Below, one piece after another: positions 26,681 to 35,179 of a stretch of DNA of 64,000 bases; position 1 is the stretch's first letter; each line of letters opens with the position of its first letter. Below the pieces are notes generated by a model, which was not told the origin of the DNA, ran no database searches, and was given only the letters and a program-made list of their open reading frames with translations. The stretch spans positions 9,380-73,379 of the forward strand of contig DATKQS010000006.1 of NCBI GenBank assembly GCA_035532555.1. The letters run 5' to 3'. The translations under genes and the position numbers were made by a program. The stretch is from Thermoplasmata archaeon. GTDB taxonomy: Archaea > Thermoplasmatota > Thermoplasmata > Lutacidiplasmatales > UBA184.

Positions 26681-27157
26681 ATGAAGTGGGTGACCCGAGA
26701 GAAGGCCCGAGTCGATCGAATCGCATGCCCGTGGCTGATCCGAAAGTTCATCGATCCTCGAGCGGAGTTCCTCTACGTTCCGAAGGAGAAGGTCGCGGAA
26801 GTGGCCGCGAGGGAAGGCGCCACCCCGTTCGACGTGCCGGGGGTGGAACTTCACCACTACGAGGAGGGCGGAAAGGAGTACGTGAGCTTCGATGCGATCA
26901 TCCGGAAGTACAAGCTGACGGACCCGGCACTGCTCGAGCTCGCCAAGATCGTTCGGGTGGCCGATGGGGGATTCGGGCAGGAACCCGAGGCGGCCGGGCT
27001 CGAAGCCGCTGCCACGGGGTTCCGTATGCTCGCGCACGACGACCTGGAGAACCAACGGCTCCAGTTCCCACTGTACGACGCTCTCTACACCTACTGTCAG
27101 TGGAAGGTCGACCACGGCGGGACGCTCGAGCATACGGGTGCCCCCTCGACCCCGTGA
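26681..27157 (+). CDS. ChrB C-terminal-domain (chromate-resistance 'Chrome_Resist') protein
   Basis: MKWVTREKARVDRIACPWLIRKFIDP... matches the conserved start of the ChrB C-terminal domain; 158 aa. Start at internal Met of the ORF-track frame. Confidence 0.65.
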   Translation: MKWVTREKARVDRIACPWLIRKFIDPRAEFLYVPKEKVAEVAAREGATPFDVPGVELHHYEEGGKEYVSFDAIIRKYKLTDPALLELAKIVRVADGGFGQEPEAAGLEAAATGFRMLAHDDLENQRLQFPLYDALYTYCQWKVDHGGTLEHTGAPSTP

Positions 27158-27222
27158 TGCGGGCGGGGACCTCCCTCGCGCCGTTCCCGGGGGACCTATT
27201 GTGAGCCGTCGGGAGTAAGTCG

Positions 27223-28596
27223 ATGCCGTCAGAAGCACCCGAGGAACTGGACTCGCCCGCTTCCCGGCGGGACCAGCTCCTTCTGATGGGAGCCCGGACC
27301 GCGCGGGGGTTTGGTGCGGGAGCCCTTTCGATCGTCATCGCCCTCGACCTCGCCGGCGCGGGGTACTCCTCCTTTGCGATCGGGCTCCTGCTCGGTCTCG
27401 CCTTAGGCGGCGCGGCCGGCTGGGCTCTCCTGGTTCCGCGCCTCGAGCTGCGTTGGCCGCGTCGTCGGGTGTTCGCGCTGTCGGCCGCCGCCCTCGCCGC
27501 CGGCGGAGTGCTCCTGTGGATCGACATCGGAAACCCCGTCATCGTGCTCGCGGCCTTCCTGCTCGGCGGGATCGTCGCCGGCGGGGCCGACGTGAGCCCG
27601 CTCGGAGCGCTGGAGCAAGCCTCCCTCGCGGGTACCACCGGACATCGGCAGAGGACGCAGACCTTCGCCACGTACAATCTCCTGGGCTACGTCGGGGTCG
27701 CCTTGGGCGCGCTCGCCGCGGGCCCGCTCTACGGCGTGAACACCTCGGTGTTCCCAGGACTTCCTTCGGGCCCTCACGACGCGACGTTCCTGTTCTATGG
27801 TCTGCTCGGGCTCATCCTCGTGCCCGCCTACCAGGCCCTCTCGAGCGATGTCGATCGCGAGGCGGCGGCCGGTCGACCCTCCCCGCTTTCCCCGTCCAGT
27901 CGCTCGACCGTCTACTCGCTCTCGGCGCTGTTCGCAGTCGATGCGTTCGGTGGGGGGCTCATCGTGAACAGCCTCGTCGTCTTCTACTTCTCGACCCGGT
28001 TCCACCCGTCGGTCGACGCTCTCGGGTTCGTCTTCTTCGCGAGCAGCCTGGCCGCCGGGGCGTCGCTGATCCTCGCGGTCCCCCTCGCCCGACGCATCGG
28101 GCTCGTCAACACGATCGTGTTCAGCCACATTCCTTCGAACATCTTCCTGATCGCGGTCGTCTTCGCTCCGACGTTCCTCGTCGCATCGATCCTCTGGATC
28201 GCTCGAGCCACCCTCTCCCAGATGGATGTCCCCACGCGCCAGTCCTACGTCCAGGCCGTGGTGCCGAGGGAGGACCGCGCCGCCGCGGCGGGCTACACGA
28301 CCGCGGCCCGCGGCTGTCAAGCGCTCGGTGCTCCGGTCACCGGAGCGTTTCTCGCGGCCGGTGGGCCATGGCTCAGCGCTCCCTTCGCACTCGCGGGATC
28401 TGTGAAGATCGGGTACGACCTCGCGTTCTACTCTCGATTTCGGCATCATCGGCCCCCCGAGGAGGGCTCCCCTCCGCCGGGGGACCGATCGCGAGCGCCC
28501 ACCGGGAACCCACCGGCGGAGGAGCCGGGAATGCCACGCCGCCCGCAGCGGGCGTCGGGCGCGGGGAATGCGAACCCGAGCGGGACCGGAACCTAG
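27223..28596 (+). CDS. MFS transporter
   Basis: 12 predicted TM segments; a central loop between TM6 and TM7 typical of the major facilitator superfamily; 457 aa. Confidence 0.8.
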   Translation: MPSEAPEELDSPASRRDQLLLMGARTARGFGAGALSIVIALDLAGAGYSSFAIGLLLGLALGGAAGWALLVPRLELRWPRRRVFALSAAALAAGGVLLWIDIGNPVIVLAAFLLGGIVAGGADVSPLGALEQASLAGTTGHRQRTQTFATYNLLGYVGVALGALAAGPLYGVNTSVFPGLPSGPHDATFLFYGLLGLILVPAYQALSSDVDREAAAGRPSPLSPSSRSTVYSLSALFAVDAFGGGLIVNSLVVFYFSTRFHPSVDALGFVFFASSLAAGASLILAVPLARRIGLVNTIVFSHIPSNIFLIAVVFAPTFLVASILWIARATLSQMDVPTRQSYVQAVVPREDRAAAAGYTTAARGCQALGAPVTGAFLAAGGPWLSAPFALAGSVKIGYDLAFYSRFRHHRPPEEGSPPPGDRSRAPTGNPPAEEPGMPRRPQRASGAGNANPSGTGT

Positions 28597-28721
28597 GGGC
28601 ATCGCTGGGCCTGCGCGGAGATCGCGATTCCGCGGAGGGTTCGACGAGCTATTCCCCCCATCGGTCCGGCCCGCGCTGGGGTGCCCGGTTTCGAGCCTTG
28701 CCCGGCGGACCCAGAGAGGCG

Positions 28722-29678
28722 CTACCCGACGGCGGTGCGCGAGGCGCCGTTCGAACGGGGCAGGGCATCCTCGGGAACGGAAGGCTCGGTCTCGAGTTCG
28801 AACACGGAGTGGACGATTCCGAACGCACGCTCCATTCGCTCCCGGAGCTCGGCCGTGACCTCAGAAGCTTCGTGCATGGGCATGTTCTCGACCCGGACGT
28901 GCGCGGTCATGCACACGAGGGTCGGACAGACCGCCCAGATGTGAACGTCATGCACTCCGCGAACGCGAGGCGTGGCGAGGATCGATTCGGTAACGACCGG
29001 GAGGGAGACCCCCCGCGGCACGCGCTCGGTGAGGACCGCCCAACCTCCCTGGAAGATCGGGATCGACTCGTAGATCAGGATCGCCGCAACGACAAGCGTG
29101 ACCGCACCGTCGATCCATACGGTCCCCGGGGAGAGCACGAGGATCGCCGCGTCCGCGATCAGGGCCGCGGTGATCGCGATATCGGTGCCGAGGTGGACGA
29201 GCACGCTGCGGACGTTGAGGTCCCGGGCCGCGCGGGGGATCCGCCCGAGGTAGACCGCGGAGGCCGAACGCAGTGCGAGGGTGGGCACGGCCGCGAAGAG
29301 GATCCAGACCGGGTCGATCGGGCCGAGCAGGGACGTCCGATTGACGAGTTCCAGGATCGCAGGGTACGCGAAGAGGACCCCCGCCGCCAGGATGATGAAC
29401 GCGTTCAAAATCGCAGCGAAGACTTCGAGGCGGTGCGATCCGAACGTATGGGCGTCCGTCCGCCCCCGAGCGGTCCCGGCAAGGGCGAGATACGAGATCG
29501 TGAACGCGAAGATGTCCGGGAGGTCGTGCACCGCATCGACGGTCACCGCGAGGCTCCGGCTCAACACGGCGCCGATCGCTTCGAACCCTAGGACGACGAT
29601 CGCGAGGACGAGCGCGACCAAGAGGCCCCGCAGGATCCGCTGCGAGGCTTCCGACTCCCCGTGGGCGTGCTCGGTCAC
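28722..29678 (-). CDS. Cation diffusion facilitator (CDF) family metal efflux transporter
   Basis: 6 TM with metal-binding HD...H/D motifs in TM2 and TM5 (AVTVDAVHDLPD; LVHLGTDIAI) and a C-terminal cytoplasmic domain; 318 aa. Confidence 0.85.
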   Translation of the reverse strand: MTEHAHGESEASQRILRGLLVALVLAIVVLGFEAIGAVLSRSLAVTVDAVHDLPDIFAFTISYLALAGTARGRTDAHTFGSHRLEVFAAILNAFIILAAGVLFAYPAILELVNRTSLLGPIDPVWILFAAVPTLALRSASAVYLGRIPRAARDLNVRSVLVHLGTDIAITAALIADAAILVLSPGTVWIDGAVTLVVAAILIYESIPIFQGGWAVLTERVPRGVSLPVVTESILATPRVRGVHDVHIWAVCPTLVCMTAHVRVENMPMHEASEVTAELRERMERAFGIVHSVFELETEPSVPEDALPRSNGASRTAVG

Positions 29679-29789
29679 GGCCCGACAACGTTCGGCAGGA
29701 CGCTTAAGCGAATCGTCTACGCGGAATCGCGGCGGGTCAAATCGAGGTTAGGGATCGACATAGGGGTGGCCGGTGACGAGTCTAGGACC

Positions 29790-30067
29790 GACGCGGTCGA
29801 CTTGGACCGGTAGCGCCCGGTTCGAGTCGGGTACTCGGGAAGGAGAGACTACATCCACGGGTCCGTGAGGGTACCTTGGGGTGCCACTCTTGCGGCCACA
29901 CCGATAGGGGGAACCGGAACGGGGAGGTGTTCTGTTGCCGAGGATGTGGCTTCACCGGCAACGCGGACGTCAACGCCGCGAAGAACCTCCTGATACGGTT
30001 TAGGGGCCGAGAGCCCACCCCCGCCCGAGCCTACGGTCCGGGCTTCCAACCGGGAGGTGGGGCCTAA
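29790..30067 (+). pseudogene. TnpB (IS200/IS605 OrfB) C-terminal remnant
   Basis: ORF 29876-30067 encodes CHSCGHTDRGNRNGEVFCCRGCGFTGNADVNAAKNLLI, the TnpB Zn-ribbon plus the RuvC-III D-x-NAA-N motif. Only ~60-90 codons remain; no upstream RuvC-I/II. Confidence 0.55.
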
Positions 30068-30089
30068 ATGTCTACGCCGAAAGGAACGG

Positions 30090-30503
30090 TCACTCAGACC
30101 CTGGGAGCAACTCGAATCCGGCCTGCCGGAAGTCGGAGTCGAATCCAAACGCGAGCCGGATCCCGAGCGCCTGCATGGTCACAAAGCTCAGACAGTCGGT
30201 CAGACTCCAGCGCTTATCGGGGCGACTGAGAAGAGTGTCCCAGGCGGTCCAGAATCGATCGGGAGTCGTCCAGACGACTTGGACGCTCTCGCTCGCGGTC
30301 AGGATTCCGCGGAACTCTCGGACGAGGTGGCCCGGACCGCGTTGCCGCAGGTAGGTCACGGCCTCGTCCAGCACATAGTCGGTAGTTACGAGGCGGCCGT
30401 GGACGCCACGGGCAAGCTCCCCCTGGAACGCACGTGCCCGCCGATGGAATCCGTCCCGTTGGTCCAGCAACGCGATCCACGCGCCGGAATCGATGAATAT
30501 CAT
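30090..30503 (-). CDS. vapC: PIN-domain toxin VapC
   Basis: MIFIDSGAWIALLD... with PIN acidic residues (D5, E..., D.., D...). 137 aa; 4-nt overlap with the upstream antitoxin gene. Confidence 0.85.
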   Translation of the reverse strand: MIFIDSGAWIALLDQRDGFHRRARAFQGELARGVHGRLVTTDYVLDEAVTYLRQRGPGHLVREFRGILTASESVQVVWTTPDRFWTAWDTLLSRPDKRWSLTDCLSFVTMQALGIRLAFGFDSDFRQAGFELLPGSE

Positions 30504-30739
30504 CGCTTCCGGTGGTAGAGCAGCTTGTCGTGGTCGCGGGACCCCCAGGTTGTCTTTCCACTCACCCGAATCAGCGGGAAGGAGTGGAACACCGGATCCT
30601 GAGGGTTCACCCGGTCGGGCAGAAGGTGGGCACGGAGTGCTTCGCGCGCGACCTCCTTCATGGTCTTTCCCTCGGCTGCGGCCCGATGTCGCAGGAGCTG
30701 GTACTCCTCCTCACCCACCGCGGTCTGCACGAGTTTCAT
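30500..30739 (-). CDS. vapB: VapB-type antitoxin (ribbon-helix-helix/CopG-like)
   Basis: 79 aa; the N-terminal KLVQTAVGEEEYQLLRHRAAAEGKTMKEVAREAL fits an RHH DNA-binding fold. Immediately upstream of vapC with an overlapping stop/start. Confidence 0.7.
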   Translation of the reverse strand: MKLVQTAVGEEEYQLLRHRAAAEGKTMKEVAREALRAHLLPDRVNPQDPVFHSFPLIRVSGKTTWGSRDHDKLLYHRKR

Positions 30740-30743
30740 GGTT

Positions 30744-30761
30744 CATGTTACATGTAACATG
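30744..30761. promoter_or_regulatory. Perfect 18-bp palindrome CATGTTACATGTAACATG directly upstream of the vapB start, with a TATA-like element ~8 bp further upstream; likely VapB(C) autoregulatory operator
   Basis: The palindrome lies 5 bp from the vapB ATG (30739, minus strand) and is preceded on the minus strand by TCATATAG (~-30). This suggests a leaderless transcript under operator control. Confidence 0.5.
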
Positions 30762-30943
30762 GTCTATATGACCTGGAGGACCCGTCATTCGATGCGGGTA
30801 CACGGCGCAGATTCACCCCGCTCTCGCGGTGGGTCGTCGAACCTGCGCCGACCTCCTCCGGCTCACGGCGACATCAGCGCGAAGGGGTAATGCGATCCCA
30901 AGCAGGCTCGCCTCGGAACACAGTGTCCCGACGACCGTACGAA

Positions 30944-31015
30944 TGGACACGGGGGGATTTGAACCCCCGACCTCTGCTTTGCGAAAGCAGCGATCTTCCG
31001 CTGATCTACGTGCCC
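30944..31015 (-). tRNA. tRNA-Ala (anticodon CGC)
   Basis: Minus-strand cloverleaf: acceptor GGGCACG/CGTGTCC with the G3:U70 Ala identity pair; D-arm GATC-AGCGGAA-GATC; anticodon arm CTGCT-TTCGCAA-AGCAG; T-arm GGGGG-TTCAAAT-CCCCC; discriminator A. 72 nt. Confidence 0.75.
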
Positions 31016-31084
31016 GCAGTCGCGGAGGAGGACGTGGGCCCCTTAAGAATTGCCCGTGCGCGTGGACCTTCCTACAATCCCGCG

Positions 31085-31660
31085 CTACTTCGGCGCCGAC
31101 GGCTCGCCCCGGAGGAGGCGCGTCCATGCGACGAAGGCGACCAAGAGCGCCCGCACGTGCTCCCGCGCATCCGAGTCCGTCAGATTCCCCTGCGCATCGA
31201 ACTTCTTGGAGTTGAACGTCACCTGCACCTCGGGCTGGGAGAGCGGATGCATGTTCAGCGTGACGAACGACTGGCGCAAGTGCAGCTGGGCCCGGCCCGT
31301 GCCCATCATGCCCACCGAGGCCCCGATCATCGCCACGGGTTTGTCCGGCCAAACGTTGTCGGTCGGGGGCCGCGATGCCCAATCGATCGCGTTCTTGAGG
31401 ACGCCGGCAACACTGTAATTGTACTCGGGCACCGCGAAGAGGATGGCGTCCGCCGCGCGGACTTTCGACTTGAACGATCGCACCGCATCGACCGGGGCAA
31501 GCTCCTCGTCCTGGTTGTACGGTGGGATCCCATGCAAGGTGACGATCTCGAGCTCGGTGTCCGGCGGCAGGACTCCGGCTGCCGCTCGCAATAGCCCGGT
31601 GTTCGTGGAATGCGTACGCAGGCTACCGGAGATCCCTAGGATGTGCACGGTGCTCGGCAT
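31085..31660 (-). CDS. NAD(P)H-dependent FMN reductase (flavodoxin-like; SsuE/ChrR/ArsH family)
   Basis: VHILGISGSLRTHSTNTGLLRAA... matches the FMN_red N-terminal motif (ILGISGSLR.S.N); 191 aa. Confidence 0.85.
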   Translation of the reverse strand: MPSTVHILGISGSLRTHSTNTGLLRAAAGVLPPDTELEIVTLHGIPPYNQDEELAPVDAVRSFKSKVRAADAILFAVPEYNYSVAGVLKNAIDWASRPPTDNVWPDKPVAMIGASVGMMGTGRAQLHLRQSFVTLNMHPLSQPEVQVTFNSKKFDAQGNLTDSDAREHVRALLVAFVAWTRLLRGEPSAPK

Positions 31661-31747
31661 CGCGTCGTCCTCGGGAGCAGGAGAGACCCGCGGGTTTTAA
31701 CCCCGGCCCCTGCCACGAGATCCGGCGCAGAGACGGGCGCTGTCGAT

Positions 31748-32347
31748 TCAACATACCGCGAGCGCGGCGGACGTGGCTCGCGGCGGCGACCGGTCGGTCC
31801 CGTCGCTCGCCGTGGACGGGCCCGACCCGGGACCCGCCGGGCGGCTCGACGAGGTAGGGGGAGCGCGGGGGGGAGCCGTGCGGCGGATCGCGACCACCAG
31901 ATGATCGTCGGCATCGTACCGGAAGAGTTCCGCGTACCGTCCCCAATTGACGATGTTCTGGACGACCTCATCGGACGGGGCCGTCGTGAACTCGACGAGG
32001 CGCAGGAGCTCGGAATCGGTGAGCCGGTGCCCCGGTGCGCTCTCAAGGGCGCGCATGAGCGTTCGGAACAGAGTGGTGCGGCGCAACTGGTCCCGCACGA
32101 CGGCCTTGCGTTCCCGGATCGTCCCGGCGAGGAAGCGGCGTCCGGTATCCGTCAGCGTCGAGCGGCCGTCGTTCACCTGGACGAAGTCGAGCGCCTCGGC
32201 GAAGTCGAGCGACGGAAGGATCTCGTCGATCTCCAGGTCGAGGTCGTCGGCGAGGCGAGCGACGTCCTCGTCCCCCTTGTGGGAATCCAGCAGTACCAAC
32301 AGGCCCGTCATTTCGCTCGGGGAACATTTGGGATAGGTTGTCGGCAC
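31748..32347 (-). CDS. Stand-alone ABC-transporter ATPase-associated C-terminal domain protein (putative)
   Basis: 199 aa. LLVLLDSH.G..DVARLADDLDLEIDEILPSLDFAEALDFVQVNDG...LTDTGRRF resembles the regulatory C-terminal domain often fused to NitT/TauT-family ATPases. It sits 41 nt downstream of the ABC ATPase gene. Confidence 0.45.
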   Translation of the reverse strand: MPTTYPKCSPSEMTGLLVLLDSHKGDEDVARLADDLDLEIDEILPSLDFAEALDFVQVNDGRSTLTDTGRRFLAGTIRERKAVVRDQLRRTTLFRTLMRALESAPGHRLTDSELLRLVEFTTAPSDEVVQNIVNWGRYAELFRYDADDHLVVAIRRTAPPRAPPTSSSRPAGPGSGPSTASDGTDRSPPRATSAALAVC

Positions 32348-32387
32348 GGTCGCTCTCTACAGACTGGTGTGTCTACGGAAAATTGGT

Positions 32388-33227
32388 CTATAAGGATTCG
32401 TGCTCGGGCGCTCCGGTACTCGGTGCGCTCGGCAGGGCTGTCCCCTTCGCCGCAGGTCCGTTCGGGGCGCTGGGTCCTTCCGTGATGAGGGAGTAGACCC
32501 GGTCCGTCAGCTCGTAGAACGCCTCCGACTTGCGGTCCCGGGGCCGCGGCAACTCGACCCGGACGTCCGCGAGAACGTGCGCCGGTCGGTGCGACAGGAC
32601 GAGGACCCGATCGGCGAGGAGGATCGCCTCCTCGATGTTATGGGTGACCAGCAGCACGGCGTCCGGGGGCAGCTGCGGGTCCCTCCACAGCTGCAGAACC
32701 TCCTCTCGGAGCCCCTCGGCGGTGAGCGGGTCGAGGGCGCTGAACGGTTCATCCATCAACAGGACGGCCGGCTCGACCGCGAGCGCCCGCGCGAGCCCGA
32801 CCCGCTGGCGCATGCCGCCGGAGAGCTCGCGCGGGTAGGCCTCCTCGAACCCCACGAGCCCGGTCACGGAGATGTACCGCTCGACCGACGCGGCCGTGCG
32901 GGCGCGATCCCAGCCGAGCGCCTCCAGCCCGAAGGCCACGTTCTGCTGGACGGTGAGCCACGGATAGAGCGCGAAGTTCTGGAAGACCATCGCCATGCCC
33001 GGGATGACGCCCTGGACGGGGCGATCCCGAAAGCGGATCTCCCCGGCGGTCGTGCGATCCAGCCCCTGGACCAGGCGCAGGAGCGTCGACTTTCCGCACC
33101 CGGACGGCCCGACGATCGCCAGGAAGTCCGAATCCGCGACGTCGAAGGAGATGTCCTGCATGATCATCATGGTCCCGTGGCGGCCGGGATAGCTCTTGTC
33201 CACGTGCTGGACCTGGATCAGCACCAT
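32388..33227 (-). CDS. ABC transporter ATP-binding protein (NitT/TauT nitrate/sulfonate/bicarbonate family)
   Basis: Walker A GPSGCGKST, Q-loop, signature LSGGMRQRVGLARAL, Walker B LLMDEPFSALD, H-loop VTHN; 279 aa. The upstream part of the ORF-track frame overlaps the permease and is not coding. Confidence 0.85.
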   Translation of the reverse strand: MVLIQVQHVDKSYPGRHGTMMIMQDISFDVADSDFLAIVGPSGCGKSTLLRLVQGLDRTTAGEIRFRDRPVQGVIPGMAMVFQNFALYPWLTVQQNVAFGLEALGWDRARTAASVERYISVTGLVGFEEAYPRELSGGMRQRVGLARALAVEPAVLLMDEPFSALDPLTAEGLREEVLQLWRDPQLPPDAVLLVTHNIEEAILLADRVLVLSHRPAHVLADVRVELPRPRDRKSEAFYELTDRVYSLITEGPSAPNGPAAKGTALPSAPSTGAPEHESL

Positions 33228-33256
33228 CGGTCCGCTCCCTTCCCTTGCGCGCGTCC

Positions 33257-35032
33257 TCAGTCGTACCGGTACCGGTCGATCGACTTTCGGTACAGCGGTT
33301 TCCATATGAGTTCGTTGATGGCGATCACGGTCGCGACCAGGACGAGCAGGGCCGCGGTCATGAGCGGCAGCCCGAGCCCGTTCGGCTCGGCATAGCCTAG
33401 ATCGATCTGCTGACCGATCCCGAAGACCTGGAACAAGTGGCCCGGTCCGCCCTGCAGGTACTCCGCGACGATGAGCGTGTTCCAACCGCCTCCGAATGCG
33501 GTGATCGAGCCGGTCACGAGGGCGGTGAGCGTTCCGGGCAGGACGACGCGTCGGAACATCTTGCGTCGATCGAGACCGAAGGAGCGCGCCGCTTCCTCCA
33601 GGTCCGGTGGGACCGAGCGGATCCCCGCGAGCAGATTGAAGAACAGATACCAGATCATCCCGGTCATCAGCATCAGGAGCGCCGCTCCCTCCGGAGTGAT
33701 GTACGGGACGAGCTGGAAGATGATCACCGGAAAGAGCGCGGTGGCGGGGAAGGAGGCGATGATCTCGACCATCGGCAACCCTCCCCGTGCCGCGCGGGGA
33801 CTCCGCGCGAGATACGCGGCCAGCGGGAGCGCGATCGCCAGGCACAGGAGGTAGGCCGTCACCACCCGAAGGGTGGAGGCGCCCATCGCCAGCGGAAGGA
33901 GCACGATCTGGCCGCGGACGCTCGGCGCGATCGTGCCGGAGAAGACGTCATACACCGCGACCCCGAGCGCGATCAGCATGAGCCATACGATCACGAGGAG
34001 CGTTCCGAGCGCCACATAGTGTACGGCGGTCCGGACGAACGGCTTGCGCGCCCGTTCCCGCGTCGCGCGAGAGGTGAACGCCGCCAGCTGGACGAACGGG
34101 GAGCTCATCCGTGTAACCCCCGAGCGGACCCCCCGGGTGACGTAGGCCGCGGCCCGCCGGAACCGTCGCGGTCCCTCCGTCGTGCGCTCGGCGATCGATT
34201 GGCCCGCCGATGTTTGGTCGTATCGGAACCGTTCGGCCCATCGTCCGAGCGGGCGCCAGACCCCAATGTCCAGGAGCACGATGAGGACGATCAGCGGGAG
34301 GAGGCCGGCGAGGAACGCGCCCGCTCCCCCACCCGAAGCGGCGATCGACAGATAGCTGCCGATCCCCGGAAGCGGGCTCGTGCCGCTCGTCGTAAAGATC
34401 TCGGCCTCCACGAGGAAGAACCAGCCGGCCGTCCAGGACAGGACGGAGTTGTACACGAGACGGTTCACGGTCGCGGGCAGGACGACCCGGCGCAGGCGTT
34501 GGAAGCCTCGGGCGCCGAAGGAATCGGCGGCCTCTCGGAGCTCGTTCGGCAGGGTCTTCAACGATTCGTACACGCCGAAGACCATGTTCCAGGCCATGGA
34601 GGTGAAGATCAGGAAGATCGACGCGAGGTTCTCGCCGACCGGGCTACCGGGGGTGAGCGCGACGAAGAAGACGATCGCCACGGGAAAGAACCCGAGGATC
34701 GGCACGGACTGCAGGATGTCGAGGACCGGGATCATCACGCGTTCCCCGGTCCGATGGGTCGAGGCGTAGTAGCCGTAGGCGAGCGCGAAGCCCAGCGACA
34801 GGCAGTAGGCGATGAGCATCCTCGTGAACGAGAAGCTCAGATCGGCCGTCGCGGTCGGGAGGTTCGATAGGAAGCCCGAACCGTTCAACCCGAAGGAATA
34901 GACCGCGAGCGGGATCGAGATGACCGCGATCGCCCCATAGACGACCGCGGCCCGGCGCACGGTGGGATCGTTACGCGTCGATGTGCCGAGGGGCGGGAGG
35001 CCGCCCGGCCCGGAAGTCTCGGGTTGCTGCAT
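33257..35032 (-). CDS. ABC transporter permease, fused duplicated NitT/TauT-type transmembrane domains
   Basis: 591 aa with two tandem BPD_transp_1-like modules, each carrying an EAA-like loop (LREAADSFGARGFQRLRRVVLP; LEEAARSFGLDRRKMFRRVVLP). Confidence 0.8.
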   Translation of the reverse strand: MQQPETSGPGGLPPLGTSTRNDPTVRRAAVVYGAIAVISIPLAVYSFGLNGSGFLSNLPTATADLSFSFTRMLIAYCLSLGFALAYGYYASTHRTGERVMIPVLDILQSVPILGFFPVAIVFFVALTPGSPVGENLASIFLIFTSMAWNMVFGVYESLKTLPNELREAADSFGARGFQRLRRVVLPATVNRLVYNSVLSWTAGWFFLVEAEIFTTSGTSPLPGIGSYLSIAASGGGAGAFLAGLLPLIVLIVLLDIGVWRPLGRWAERFRYDQTSAGQSIAERTTEGPRRFRRAAAYVTRGVRSGVTRMSSPFVQLAAFTSRATRERARKPFVRTAVHYVALGTLLVIVWLMLIALGVAVYDVFSGTIAPSVRGQIVLLPLAMGASTLRVVTAYLLCLAIALPLAAYLARSPRAARGGLPMVEIIASFPATALFPVIIFQLVPYITPEGAALLMLMTGMIWYLFFNLLAGIRSVPPDLEEAARSFGLDRRKMFRRVVLPGTLTALVTGSITAFGGGWNTLIVAEYLQGGPGHLFQVFGIGQQIDLGYAEPNGLGLPLMTAALLVLVATVIAINELIWKPLYRKSIDRYRYD

Positions 35033-35179
35033 GAGGTCTCCCGGGCATGGCCCGAAGTCGGAGGCTCCTCGGCGTATTTGTGCGGTTTGGTCGAACCGGG
35101 GTCCGAGGCCCGAGCCGCCGCGCGCCCGCGAACTCCGCGAACGGCAATCTTATCAACGCGGCCCCACTCGCATATCCGT

